Shown: one piece after another, positions 49,858 to 60,498 of the stretch | Numbering within the stretch: position 1 is the stretch's first letter | Layout: every line of letters starts with the position of its first letter | IMG/VR virus record: IMGVR_UViG_3300025030_000045 | Reading direction: 5' to 3' (one strand) | Source of the DNA: a virus | DNA: 64,000 nucleotides | The notes under the pieces: generated by a model | Databases searched by the model: none | What the model was told of the DNA's origin: nothing | Seen by the model: only the letters and a program-made list of their open reading frames with translations | Translations under genes and position numbers: made by a program

Positions 49858-50544
49858 ATGAACAGAATAAAGGTTAATCTGATAGCGCATTCTGACCCAA
49901 CGGCTGTCATCAATGCAATGGGCAAGCCGTATAAAAATGAAAAGGTCACAACGGAACTCATCAAGAGAATCTGTCTCGGTGAGAAGCTTGCAGAACGACA
50001 TGGTTCTGTTCTTGAACATATTACTCTAACATGGGAGGTTCTCGGTTCATCTCGTCTTGAACTCCAAGAACACATGCGACACCGCATTGCATCTCCGACC
50101 GTCGAGAGCACTCGTTATGTTCTTGATAAGATGATGCTGCAGTATGAAAATCGCGGTTGGGCATTTGCTCCGGTCAAAGATTACTTCGTGTTTCCTGACC
50201 TATCAAACACCGATTGGTCAGACGAGAAGAAGGCTAAGTTCGATGAGATGTATGCCGAGAAGTGTCGGGCTAATCTCGACAGCATTTATGCTTTCTTCAA
50301 AACATTTTACACCACGAAGAAAGATAACGACACGATCAAGTATGTCCTTCCTGAAAACCTCCGGACGAACTTCACATTTACTTTGAATTTTAGATCATTT
50401 ATCAACTTCATTCGGCTGCGCAACTCTTCAGCCGCACACTTTGAAATACGATACATAGCCAGATTGATGTTAGAAGAACTTAAACAGACATGGTTGTGGG
50501 AATTGATCGAAGATCAGTTTGACGAGGATCTTTGTCCCAAATAA
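49858..50544 (+). CDS. thyX: Flavin-dependent thymidylate synthase
   Basis: HGSVLEH, RHR-x7-STRY, N.RS..NF..LR, AHFEIR. Confidence 0.92.
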   Translation: MNRIKVNLIAHSDPTAVINAMGKPYKNEKVTTELIKRICLGEKLAERHGSVLEHITLTWEVLGSSRLELQEHMRHRIASPTVESTRYVLDKMMLQYENRGWAFAPVKDYFVFPDLSNTDWSDEKKAKFDEMYAEKCRANLDSIYAFFKTFYTTKKDNDTIKYVLPENLRTNFTFTLNFRSFINFIRLRNSSAAHFEIRYIARLMLEELKQTWLWELIEDQFDEDLCPK

Positions 50545-51409
50545 ACCACCCGACTGTGTTATGACCTTCCTGACTAATTCGAGTTGCTTTATCTGACAGA
50601 GAAATTTTACCTTTGTTTAAATTTGATTTTAGCATGGTCATAGATAGATTATTATTTTTCACAAAATCAGAAAAGCCATAGTGTACTATATGAAATTCTG
50701 AATTCGGGTCTATTAGATACCATGTTTTCTTTTTACCCGAATTCATTTTCATTTTATCACGACATTCCCCGGTTCTCTTTTTACCTTTGTTCGCGGCAGC
50801 AAGTTTCATTTTTGTTTCATCTGTATGATGTTTGCCGCTCATTGGGTTGTTGATTAACATCCTATTTCGCATATCATCAATTGCTCGCGGGTTCTCGTTT
50901 AGAAATTTCTTTCTACTGTCCGATTGTTTTATTTTTGTTTCTAAACTTCGGTGTTGGCCTCGACGTTTTTCAGCGGCAACTTTCCATGACTGTTTGTCAC
51001 GTAATGCGGTGGTACACTTGATTCTCTTAATGATGTCGTCTCTATTTGGATGATTGCTGATTGTGTCTCCACCATCGCCACCTTCGGTTATATTGAGGAG
51101 AGGACCATTATCACAAATTCTTCCTATATGTAATATCATAAATTTTTCATACTCTAGTGCAAGCTTTGATGAATTTCTATTTAATATGACCACATATGAA
51201 AGTGGGTCATATTTTTCTTTTATAATTTTCTTTATTTTTGCACGTTTCTTTGAATTTGGAAAACTGTCTACATATAGCGTATGATGTTTCCATCTGTTTG
51301 CCGTACCTTTACCAACGTAAAATGGTTCGAATAAAAATGACACATCAAGGCCATCATAATCGAATTTTCCCGGGCGTCTTGGGTCCACATAAACATAATT
51401 GTAATTCAT
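50480..51409 (-). mobile_element. GIY-YIG-like homing endonuclease with NUMOD3 repeats
   Basis: YVYVDPR...PFYVGKG...R...L.N.T.GGDGG; H(T/S).ETK repeats; converges on and overlaps the thyX end. Confidence 0.8.
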
Positions 51410-51537
51410 AAAAACTCCTTTATTTTATTTATTTTCAACTTTTGAATTATCTTAAATTCTTGTGTAAATAATTAGTTGACATTGTTGGACATCTTTGTTA
51501 AAATAATACCAACAAAGATGTCCAACCTTAACTAGGA

Positions 51538-51855
51538 GTGATCGTGATGGTACACGACTTCGGAACAAACAACGGATTTGATAAAGATCATTTGGTGCAC
51601 ATCGCTGTTACCATTATGATCGAAATCAGCAAAGCGGTCGAATCAAAAATCATCTCCAATGTCAGGTCTGACACAGGTATCATATGGACACTTGAAAACG
51701 GTGTCATCGTTGCATTTCCATTTCCTGACAACGGTGAACCAATTGATTTCTATGTCACCGATGAGATTAGTAATCTCGAGTGGCTTCTTTCATACACCGA
51801 CCATGCAAAGAACAACATGGAAGAACTCGTCGACATAATCAAAAAATTTGCATAG
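51538..51855 (+). CDS. Hypothetical protein
   Basis: Promoter and GGAG SD. Confidence 0.5.
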   Translation: MIVMVHDFGTNNGFDKDHLVHIAVTIMIEISKAVESKIISNVRSDTGIIWTLENGVIVAFPFPDNGEPIDFYVTDEISNLEWLLSYTDHAKNNMEELVDIIKKFA

Positions 51856-51870
51856 GAGTACACTAAAGTT

Positions 51871-52125
51871 ATGTCAGAACAAAAACAGAAGTGCGGGTGC
51901 TCCCATTATATTCTGAAATGGTACGAGCAGTTAAGTGTTATCTTTTTAGTTTTTATGATGTTGGCCACGGCTCTTTACGGTGGTCTTGAAGCTAAAACTG
52001 CATATATAAGTATTAAATATTTTCTGTGTGCGGGTTGTATCTATGCAATTCTTATGTATTATCTTTTAGTACACCTGAAGACGAAGGACGTTTGTCTCGG
52101 GCATGAGGAAGAGGAATATTGGTAA
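51871..52125 (+). CDS. Small two-TM membrane protein
   Basis: AGGAG SD; two hydrophobic segments. Confidence 0.55.
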   Translation: MSEQKQKCGCSHYILKWYEQLSVIFLVFMMLATALYGGLEAKTAYISIKYFLCAGCIYAILMYYLLVHLKTKDVCLGHEEEEYW

Positions 52126-52216
52126 GTACAGCAGGAGGTGATTCATATGAGAGTTTCATCGCACCGCCGACCCAATGGTGATGGGTAGTTCAATTTAATT
52201 CGACACGATAATAAAC

Positions 52217-52250
52217 AAAAGGGCGACTCGTAAGGGTTCGCCCTTTTTGC
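52217..52250 (+). terminator. Intrinsic terminator
   Basis: AAAAGGGCGA...TCGCCCTTTTT. Confidence 0.75.
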
Positions 52251-52303
52251 TTTTGAAAGAATATAAATAAAATAAACTCATTCAACATAGGAGTAACCAA
52301 CAT

Positions 52304-52945
52304 ATGCAAGAGGAACTCTTTCAATCATTCAAAAAATTCCGAGTTGGCCAAGTCAACGAAGATTATTATGACAGAGATGAAGAAGAATCAGAAGAGTCAA
52401 CAGCTCAGACTCTGAAGGAGGTCATCGAAATTATTCTTGAAGATGCTTCTGATGACGATGAACTTAGCTTCGGTTTGATTCTTATTGCTGAATATGCTGA
52501 TCGTTTACCGTCAGATGTTGCTGAAGAGATTCTTGACGAGCTTCTAGACTTCTATGATGTCTACGATGATGACGACGACGATGAGGGTGCTGATCTTGAT
52601 CATGATGAAATAGAATCGCTTCAAAGTGAAAGCATCTCAGAAGAGACCGATCGTAAGATGAAGAAGATGCGATTCATCAAGAACAAGCGTAAGCGTGAAC
52701 TTGGTAAACGAGCCGATTCCCTTGAGTTCAAACGTACATATAAGTTTGACACCAAGAAGAAAAAGTTTGTTCGTCGTGAAAAGAAAGTCTCTATGGCTAT
52801 CATCCGCAAGAAGCGTCGTGTCTTAAAGAAAATTGCTCGTAGATCATCGACCAAGATCAAAGCACAACGCACTAAGAGACGTTTGCAGCATGTCAAGGAC
52901 CCGTATGCTCATCCTGAACCACACAAAGCAGAGGGGAGCAAATAA
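52304..52945 (+). CDS. Late acidic/basic bipartite protein, possibly prohead core
   Basis: TATAAATA upstream; D/E-rich N-half and K/R-rich C-half. Confidence 0.5.
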   Translation: MQEELFQSFKKFRVGQVNEDYYDRDEEESEESTAQTLKEVIEIILEDASDDDELSFGLILIAEYADRLPSDVAEEILDELLDFYDVYDDDDDDEGADLDHDEIESLQSESISEETDRKMKKMRFIKNKRKRELGKRADSLEFKRTYKFDTKKKKFVRREKKVSMAIIRKKRRVLKKIARRSSTKIKAQRTKRRLQHVKDPYAHPEPHKAEGSK

Positions 52946-53172
52946 TGAAAAACTTTATCCAATATCTTGAAGAAAATGCCACATTCTCGAAGCTCGTCAA
53001 AGGTAAGTATTACCTATATGACACTTCAAAGAAAATCGTAACCGATGGTCCGTTCAACGCCGAAGACGATCCTAAGTTGATGAAGATTTTAACAAAGGCG
53101 TCTGACTCGGTCGTTCCTATTACAGCAGTTGATGCAGTGAAGGAAAGCGGCGGGAAATACAGCATTAAGTAA
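52945..53172 (+). CDS. Putative internal head protein
   Basis: N-terminus MKNFIQYLEE resembles the T4 capsid-targeting sequence. Confidence 0.55.
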   Translation: MKNFIQYLEENATFSKLVKGKYYLYDTSKKIVTDGPFNAEDDPKLMKILTKASDSVVPITAVDAVKESGGKYSIK

Positions 53173-53239
53173 AACCTAAAAACTACACAAAAACCTCCAT
53201 TCGTTATAAATAGCTAAAACGAACGAATGGAGGTTTTTT

Positions 53240-54574
53240 ATGGCTTTTACAAGAACATACGACGACGTCATCTCTCTTACCAACTGCACCATCCTCAAGC
53301 AATTCATTGATACATTCTACAATCTCATCCCAGACCAATCGGTATTTTTCGGCGACGCAAATGCCATCCCTTCTCGATTAAAAATCTTCACGATCAAAAC
53401 ATCAAAAGATAATTACCTTGCTGCCATTCCGGCTCTCAAGTCGAAGTATGACGTGATAGCAGTTGGATCGGAGTATACGAATTTCTCTGTTGGTGATTTT
53501 AAGATTAAAATTTTGATTACACGGAAGACGAAGGCAATATCTTCGCAGGATGCGATGACAACGAAGAAGCAAGAAGAAGCTTCGCTGTTTGCAATCGAGA
53601 TGGGGCTGAAGAACATCCCATTTACAATAGACGACATCAAGCAAATTCATCCTGAGTGTTCATCCAGCTGGTACCAATGTTATATCCAACAGTCTCAGGC
53701 GATAAAGTCCTTTTGGGGACATTTTTCGGGTAAGTATGTTTTCAATCATACTGGTGGGTTCATGGATTTTATCTCTAACAAGGCCCGCGAACTTGGTTAC
53801 AGACAGAAGGATGCATGGAACCCAGCCGATGTTTGGATCATAAGGAAAGACGACGAGACTTTAATCAAGGCAACGATTGACGGCATGGAGAACATTGGTG
53901 AGCTCAACGATTATCTAATCACGCTATTGAATGAAAGAAAGCTTGTTGGTATTTCTCTAAAGAAGACCGGCCTCAATGCAAGAGTTGAGGTGTCAAACAT
54001 CATCAAGAATCAGCAGCATAAGAGTTTTAGTTTTGATCGAATGGTGTGTTCCTTTGAACTTGACTCTGTAAATAAATTGAAGACTGCACAGGGTATGTTC
54101 TTTATCGACGACTACCGATTACAGTGTCGCCAGTTTCCATTCAAGTCAAACTCAAATACACAGTTAGAAATTGCGAGTAGGAAGGCCGAGTCTCGTCTAG
54201 GCAAAGTTCCGAAAGATGGTGTACGGGCCGTTCTTGAACAACACAAATTTACCGTACCGACATGGAGAGTCATCCCAAAGGATAAGCCGGAATTTATGCG
54301 TGACGCCGATCATTGGCTCCGTATATTCAAGACAGTGAATATTGTCGCGGAGACAGGAATAACGAATGATGAATTTATTCCAACAATGCTTCAACTTTTT
54401 GACCACGACGAGCTGTACGTCATGTCCTATGTTAACTGTAAATTACAGGCACTAATGTATGCATATGCATTCGCATTCATATCGCCAGATTCACGCGATG
54501 ATGTGGCAACAAAACTTGTGTACCTTGCAAAAAAGGAAGACATAAATGCTGGGCCGTTCGTAAAGATTTATTGA
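53240..54574 (+). CDS. Late-controlled protein, putative PD-(D/E)xK-like nuclease
   Basis: KDAWNPADVW...GISLK; SD-sequestering hairpin with TATAAATA upstream. Confidence 0.5.
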   Translation: MAFTRTYDDVISLTNCTILKQFIDTFYNLIPDQSVFFGDANAIPSRLKIFTIKTSKDNYLAAIPALKSKYDVIAVGSEYTNFSVGDFKIKILITRKTKAISSQDAMTTKKQEEASLFAIEMGLKNIPFTIDDIKQIHPECSSSWYQCYIQQSQAIKSFWGHFSGKYVFNHTGGFMDFISNKARELGYRQKDAWNPADVWIIRKDDETLIKATIDGMENIGELNDYLITLLNERKLVGISLKKTGLNARVEVSNIIKNQQHKSFSFDRMVCSFELDSVNKLKTAQGMFFIDDYRLQCRQFPFKSNSNTQLEIASRKAESRLGKVPKDGVRAVLEQHKFTVPTWRVIPKDKPEFMRDADHWLRIFKTVNIVAETGITNDEFIPTMLQLFDHDELYVMSYVNCKLQALMYAYAFAFISPDSRDDVATKLVYLAKKEDINAGPFVKIY

Positions 54575-54637
54575 CATTAACACCCCGTTGTGTTATAATA
54601 CTTCACCAAGAATAAATTAACCAAGGAGCAAAATAAA

Positions 54638-55336
54638 ATGATATGTTGGAGTACTAACCTCGAAGGTGTCCTCAAGAACCCAGATTTTGATTGTCAGTTG
54701 TCCTGCTATGATCCGCATGATCCCGTAGAAGATTATTTTACCTACATCACGAAACATAGCTTCCCAAAAAATGTTAAGGTCGTCCACGCGCCGATCAAAC
54801 TAAATGTTAAAGATATACCAACATTTCTCGGTGTTGCGGTTCGTCATTGTAATGCCGTCAATGGTAAGATCGTGTTTCATCCAAATCGCCCGATTCTAAA
54901 TTACTTTGATAATGATTTCATCGGTACTCCCGAAACGAGAGCATTATTTTGTTTTGAGAATTTCCCGGCAAGCAACCGCAAACCTCTTAGAACGCCGCTT
55001 GACATTCTTGCATGGACAAAGGAACGTGGGTTCGGTATATGTTTTGACTATGCGCACGTTGAACCCGAGACAGAACAAATTTGGCGTTCTCCTGCATTCC
55101 TCAAGGATTATCTCCGTTATGTCGATGTCGTGCATTTCTCCGGCAATCGTCACACTCTTATGACAGCCGAGGATTGGACGGCATGGGATGATATAATTTT
55201 CAATGCGCCTAAGGCTGCAACCAATCCGCAATTTTATGTTCTTGAACACAAATCAAAGGAAGATAAAATAAAGGACGGTGATTTGCTTATGAAGAAGTTC
55301 ATCAAGCTTTCTCAGCGGGTAGGTAATAAAGTATGA
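54638..55336 (+). CDS. AP endonuclease 2/xylose isomerase-like TIM barrel
   Basis: VHAP, FHP, FEN, CFDYAH, VHFS, LE metal ligands. Confidence 0.65.
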   Translation: MICWSTNLEGVLKNPDFDCQLSCYDPHDPVEDYFTYITKHSFPKNVKVVHAPIKLNVKDIPTFLGVAVRHCNAVNGKIVFHPNRPILNYFDNDFIGTPETRALFCFENFPASNRKPLRTPLDILAWTKERGFGICFDYAHVEPETEQIWRSPAFLKDYLRYVDVVHFSGNRHTLMTAEDWTAWDDIIFNAPKAATNPQFYVLEHKSKEDKIKDGDLLMKKFIKLSQRVGNKV

Positions 55337-55839
55337 GACAACCAATCACAATCATCATGGGAAAATTCTATCCACCGACGATGGCTCATGTAAGAATCGT
55401 CAAGAAGGCCGTGATAACACACTGGCTCCCGGTTTGTGTTGTTATCATAAAACCAAAACAAGAAGATCGTATTCCGTTTGAGATGACAAAGGAAATTTTC
55501 AGCGAATCACTTGATATTGCCCAAGTGAATGTTATGTTCATGGAACAGAAGAATGGCTTCATTGGAAACATTGTCGAAGCACTCAGAGAAATGAATTTTG
55601 AGCCAAAATTTCTCTACTGCGGCTCAGACAGAAAAGTAACTTATACAAGCCAGATAAATAGATATAAAGATCGGTTGAACCTAGACATAACATTGAAGGA
55701 AATTCCACGTAGGACGCGATGTATATCGGCGACCCGCGTAAGGAATGCCCTCAAGGAAAATGACATCAAAGAATTCAAAAGATGCATGCATAGGTCTCAA
55801 TGGAAAAAATTTGACGAATTGAAAAGGGTCATGGGATGA
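55333..55839 (+). CDS. Cytidylyltransferase-like (HxGH-type) protein
   Basis: GKFYPPTMAH, GSDR, ISATRVR. Confidence 0.8.
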   Translation: MRQPITIIMGKFYPPTMAHVRIVKKAVITHWLPVCVVIIKPKQEDRIPFEMTKEIFSESLDIAQVNVMFMEQKNGFIGNIVEALREMNFEPKFLYCGSDRKVTYTSQINRYKDRLNLDITLKEIPRRTRCISATRVRNALKENDIKEFKRCMHRSQWKKFDELKRVMG

Positions 55840-56120
55840 ATATTAAGGCCAAATTAGCGGGTCATTATAAAAGCAGGTTTAGAACAACCGCTATGATGGA
55901 CGATGATATTAAAAACATCAAAAGGTTAAATGCATTGTTTGCAAAGTTTGAGAAAAATGACAAGGAAATTTATGTCATGGAGATTCTCAATGTTTTGAAG
56001 ACGTTGAATAATATTCTTTATCTTGAAAGAATCATATTGATTATGTATGAGCTTATTGAGATTAAGTATCACCCAATGTTAGACTGCCTTATTCCAAGAG
56101 TGATAGGACGTGATATATGA
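55836..56120 (+). CDS. Conserved T4-like phage protein
   Basis: DDIK.IK.L..LF...ILN....LNN pattern; operon context. Confidence 0.55.
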   Translation: MNIKAKLAGHYKSRFRTTAMMDDDIKNIKRLNALFAKFEKNDKEIYVMEILNVLKTLNNILYLERIILIMYELIEIKYHPMLDCLIPRVIGRDI

Positions 56121-56632
56121 AGTATCTTTTCAATGAATCTATCGGTGATACCGTCATCGTCTATGCAGTACTGCGGCGACTAGTCAAACCTTGGATCGAG
56201 TGGCCGGCGTATACTGCTGGTATAATTGATGAAAACGGCAAAAAGATCAAGGACCCTGTTAGTTTGAAGGAACGAGAGGCTTGGACCGTTCTTGATCGGT
56301 TTACATACAACATGAAGAAGGTTCTGGAGAAGTTTGTTGGTGGAAGTAAACTTGGTGCATACCTAACAGCCGCATTTCTACTTAAGGAACAATTCAACGG
56401 TGTTATCACCAAACATTTGTTGGAGAATGTTTTTGCTGATGAATTATCAGAAATGACTTTGACAAAACAAAAGAATCTTCATTATATGATGAAGACATTC
56501 CCGTTGAATGTAATACAAGAAAACAAATGTTCTGCTGAGGAAACTATCAACAGTTATAACGAAGCCGTCGAGAAATTCATAAACGAAAACACTGCAGATG
56601 TTGCCGATTTATTTGATTACTCGGAGGATTAA
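56117..56632 (+). CDS. Conserved T4-like phage protein
   Basis: PW.EWPAY.AGIIDENGK motif. Confidence 0.65.
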   Translation: MKYLFNESIGDTVIVYAVLRRLVKPWIEWPAYTAGIIDENGKKIKDPVSLKEREAWTVLDRFTYNMKKVLEKFVGGSKLGAYLTAAFLLKEQFNGVITKHLLENVFADELSEMTLTKQKNLHYMMKTFPLNVIQENKCSAEETINSYNEAVEKFINENTADVADLFDYSED

Positions 56633-56923
56633 ATGTCAGATCACATTAAAGAAAATGATGCAGCGTCAATGGCACCAACTGATACTATAATCGGTACCCA
56701 ACGTCGTGCGATAAAACCTGATAGCGAATTCAATGGTCACCCATGTTTTAATATTGATTGCCCACATGAGTATACATCATTTAATAAAGGTGTAAAGGGT
56801 TTTCTCAGATGGTCACAGCATACGAAATCAGAAAAGGTTAGACAGTGGGCAAACACTAACCCAAACAAGAATTTCTATGTAACACATAATGATAACTATA
56901 CGATGATCAATCGTAAGAAGTAA
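56633..56923 (+). CDS. Hypothetical late protein
   Basis: GGAGG SD; resembles the next ORF. Confidence 0.55.
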   Translation: MSDHIKENDAASMAPTDTIIGTQRRAIKPDSEFNGHPCFNIDCPHEYTSFNKGVKGFLRWSQHTKSEKVRQWANTNPNKNFYVTHNDNYTMINRKK

Positions 56924-56946
56924 ACAACACACAAGGAGTTTTAACC

Positions 56947-57150
56947 ATGATTACTACAGTTGACGGCGATATAATGACACTTGAACTCGAAGATCACGAT
57001 GCATTTCAAACATATCGTGCTGGGATCGAGGACAGACGGCAATGGCAGCGCCATCCGGAAACAAAAGAAATGGCTGATACGATTTCCAGCAATAATCGCA
57101 CCTCTAAAATTTTTGTTAAACACGGAGATTTTAATCGGAGGGTTCGATAA
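56947..57150 (+). CDS. Hypothetical protein
   Basis: AAGGAG SD. Confidence 0.55.
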   Translation: MITTVDGDIMTLELEDHDAFQTYRAGIEDRRQWQRHPETKEMADTISSNNRTSKIFVKHGDFNRRVR

Positions 57151-57165
57151 AGAAGAGAGTTATTA

Positions 57166-57909
57166 ATGAACGAATATAGATTCGCACCGTATAGTTTTTC
57201 AAAGATCGCTACACATATTGGTTGTCCAAGAAAATTTAAGTTCGTCTATATTGATAAAGTTCGCGTCAGTATAGACGAACGTTTTTTTGAAAAAGGCAAG
57301 TTCTATCACTGGTTGATAGAACACTTCCCAACACCCCCTCCTGATAAATTCACCTTTACCTTTGCATGCGAATCTGAGCAGAACGATTTCCTGGAGACAG
57401 TGAAGAGATTCATACAGACACCACATGTGAATGACCTGTTAAAAAAATATTCATTGCGTAGAGAATTACCTTTTTTCATATTGCCAGATTTTTCTATTGG
57501 CAAGCAAAGAGAGGGTTCTCTTTTCACGGGATACATTGACTATGTTGGTCAGGAAGAACCCGGATCAGTATTAGTCATCGATTGGAAGAGTAAGAAACAC
57601 GAGAAATTTCCTAACACAGAAGACCAACTCATGGCATATGCTCTGTGGATATTTCTTGCATCCCCGGATATCAATGTCATTGATGCCAGTTTCTATTATA
57701 TCGAGACACCCGAAGAAATCAAATATCGCTACACACGAGAAAATGATATGAATCGGTTGAAAGATTCGCTTATAAATAAAATACAAGTTATCGAAAATGA
57801 TTTTGAATTCCAAAGAAAAATAACCAAGAACTGTAATCGCTGTGAATATTTTAATCAGTGCGAACCGTTCAAAAACATGACGAAGAGGAGAATAACTAAA
57901 GATGAATAA
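57166..57909 (+). CDS. PD-(D/E)xK Cas4/RecB-like exonuclease
   Basis: SFS...CPRK, GYID...IDWKS, Q...Y, CNRCEYFNQC. Confidence 0.85.
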   Translation: MNEYRFAPYSFSKIATHIGCPRKFKFVYIDKVRVSIDERFFEKGKFYHWLIEHFPTPPPDKFTFTFACESEQNDFLETVKRFIQTPHVNDLLKKYSLRRELPFFILPDFSIGKQREGSLFTGYIDYVGQEEPGSVLVIDWKSKKHEKFPNTEDQLMAYALWIFLASPDINVIDASFYYIETPEEIKYRYTRENDMNRLKDSLINKIQVIENDFEFQRKITKNCNRCEYFNQCEPFKNMTKRRITKDE

Positions 57910-58423
57910 ATTTCAAGTAGTTGCACCAAACGGAATCGATGTTAACGTTAAGATTGGCAGTAAGCGAATCAATTACAAGCATGGTGATATCATCGAGGAA
58001 AAAGAGGGAGTCACTGACATCTATTTTGCAATTTTTCGACCCTGCCCGGCAAATTCGGTACTAACAACCCCGCCAATTCCAGAGTTTACATTTGAACTTG
58101 AAAGCGTAAAGGTTGAAGCAACACGATCATCATTTACATTAGCCGGTTTCGAAGAAACTAAAATTGATGAGCCGAGTGAAAACGAGGAAGAGGTTCCGGG
58201 TGAATCAACTGGAGATGCTGGACTTGATACTCTTGATGAAACGGAACCAGAGAATCTTGATGAATCCACTTTGAACGAGATTCCCGATGCAGCTGAAATC
58301 CTCGAAAAGGAAGTCGTGGAAGAGCTCTTGACAGAAGTTCCTACTGCTGAAGTTGTCATTGAAAAACCTGCTGGAGAGAAACCTTTAGTTGAGAAGAAGA
58401 AGGCCAAACCCGCGAAGAAATAA
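57902..58423 (+). CDS. Acidic hypothetical protein
   Basis: GAGGAG SD; Glu-rich. Confidence 0.55.
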   Translation: MNKFQVVAPNGIDVNVKIGSKRINYKHGDIIEEKEGVTDIYFAIFRPCPANSVLTTPPIPEFTFELESVKVEATRSSFTLAGFEETKIDEPSENEEEVPGESTGDAGLDTLDETEPENLDESTLNEIPDAAEILEKEVVEELLTEVPTAEVVIEKPAGEKPLVEKKKAKPAKK

Positions 58424-58445
58424 TTTTTAAGACAGGAATTTGCCC

Positions 58446-59210
58446 ATGGCTTACAACGGAAGAATTATCAAAACTCGTCAAGACCTACGAGACTACATTT
58501 TAAGACAACTCGGTTTTCCGGTTGTCAACGTTGAACTTGATAGCACCCAACTTGAGGACTGCATAAATGATGCCATTTATGAATTCATTCCTTATGCATA
58601 CAGTGCAAGTGAGCAGAGATACTTTATACTTGAAGTTGCCCCGGGCGACAACTCCTTTGAGTTTGATTTTCCTGTCTTGGCGGTCACAAATGCAAAGGCT
58701 CAAAATTCAATCGAGAGTCCTTCGGCATCGGGGGACTTATTCACGATGAATCAATTCGTTGCTATTGATATTATGCGTGGTGGCATGGGAAAGATTGATT
58801 TATTAACATATGAATTGACCATGCAGATGGTTGAGACGATGAAGTTTTATTTTGATAGCGTTCTTGCATTTGACTATAACACAATCAGTAACACAATTCA
58901 TCTGTTTAATAAGTTCGATTACCCAACAAAGATAATGATCGAGTACTATCGTCCGATTGATATCACAGAAGATATTGACGAAGGTAAATTCACCGGCATA
59001 TATGATGTGAAATGGATCAAAGCATATGCCACCGCTCTATCACGACGGCAGTGGGCGTACAACATCATGAAGTATGAGGGATCAACACTCCCCCAGGGAC
59101 TGGCCCTGAACTCGTCTGGTTTGCTTGGGGAAGCAAAAGAAGCCATCGAAAAACTGATGGAACAACTACACACGGAATATGAGCTACCAATTGATTTCCA
59201 AATTGGTTAA
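58446..59210 (+). CDS. gp13: Neck protein
   Basis: L.DYILRQLGFPVVNVEL...Q..D.I, WIK.YATAL...QW, LP.G..LN. Confidence 0.92.
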   Translation: MAYNGRIIKTRQDLRDYILRQLGFPVVNVELDSTQLEDCINDAIYEFIPYAYSASEQRYFILEVAPGDNSFEFDFPVLAVTNAKAQNSIESPSASGDLFTMNQFVAIDIMRGGMGKIDLLTYELTMQMVETMKFYFDSVLAFDYNTISNTIHLFNKFDYPTKIMIEYYRPIDITEDIDEGKFTGIYDVKWIKAYATALSRRQWAYNIMKYEGSTLPQGLALNSSGLLGEAKEAIEKLMEQLHTEYELPIDFQIG

Positions 59211-59275
59211 GAAATTTATAGGCAATTCCAACTCGGATTTATAAATAAAATAAACCGAGATTGGAGATAACCAAA

Positions 59276-60424
59276 ATGTTTGACCCTGATTATTTTGTCA
59301 CTAAAAGTGGTCGTGTTGACTCAAATAAAATTACCACACTCCAGCAACACAAAGAGGAGATCTTCACTGCGACGACAAATTGCGAAAGTGAAGATCTCCT
59401 CGAGCGTTTTTATTGGTTCTATCATGGTAAGACTGACTATTCTAAAGATGATTTTTGTATATGCGAATCATGTGGTAAAGAGATACGAAAACCATTTTAT
59501 ACATTCAAATCAGGATATACATTTGCGAGAAAAGATCTCCCAGACGGGTCAAAGAAATTCTGCTCTAATAAATGTCGTGGCAATTCAGAATCTTGGAAAT
59601 CCGCTGTTTCTATTTCAACAAAATTAAGTGGGGAAATGGAAATAATCAATGCAGAGGAAGAGGCGATAAATTACTTCAAATCAAAGATCAGTGCAAAGGG
59701 ATCGATTGACGGTAATGTTATAAAAAGTGTACCACTATCACTCAAATGTAAAATTGATATATGGGTGTCGCCTAATTTAAAAACCAATGACATACACGAA
59801 AAGATTTATTGGTTGATTGTGGGACTACAAGAATATCCTAGAAAATGTAAGGAGTGTGGGGAACCAATAACATTCTTTAAGGGTTTTGGTTATGATGTTA
59901 GAGCGAAATATTGTTCGGTTGGTTGTAGGGGAAAATCAGGTGAAACAAAACAACTAAGATCGGAATCAAACATAAAGAAATATGGATTCAAAAATGCGAT
60001 ACAAAATCCTAATATTCGTCAAAAGGCAGAGAATACATGTCTGATGCGATATGGTGTTGCAAATCCGTCACAGGATGGAGAAATTTTTGATAGGATCATT
60101 CATAATCAAATGAGATGGAAAGAGTTCGTATTACCATCTGGCCGCATCGTGAAAATACAAGGTTACGAAGATAAAGCTCTTGCCAAACTACTGGGAGAAT
60201 ATAGCGAGGATGATATTGTAATCGGTCGGAAGAACATCCCAAAATTTCGATACATCAGCGCTGACGGAAAGCAACACATATATTTTCCAGATTTCTTTAT
60301 CCCAAAAGACAACACTATAGTAGAGGTAAAGAGTGAATGGACGATGAAAATTCAAAAGAACAATGACTTGAAATTTCAAGCTGTTCGTGATGATGGATAT
60401 GAGTTAAGATTGATGATATTCTGA
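59276..60424 (+). mobile_element. Free-standing putative homing endonuclease
   Basis: Two C..C...F(C/Y)CS..C repeats, KKYG..N..Q repeats, C-terminal QGYE...YFPDF...IVEVKS. Confidence 0.75.
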
Positions 60425-60427
60425 ATC

Positions 60428-60458
60428 AAAAGGCCAATCATTTCTGATTGGCCTTTTT
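60428..60458 (+). terminator. Intrinsic terminator
   Basis: AAAAGGCCAATCA-TTTC-TGATTGGCCTTTTT. Confidence 0.75.
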
Positions 60459-60498
60459 CATTATAAATACAACAAACACCAGTTAGAAGGGTCTCATT

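Noticed and set aside
57166-57909. CRISPR-Cas locus suggested by the Cas4-like nuclease
   Set aside because: No repeat-spacer array or other cas genes were seen; solo Cas4-like nucleases are common in phages
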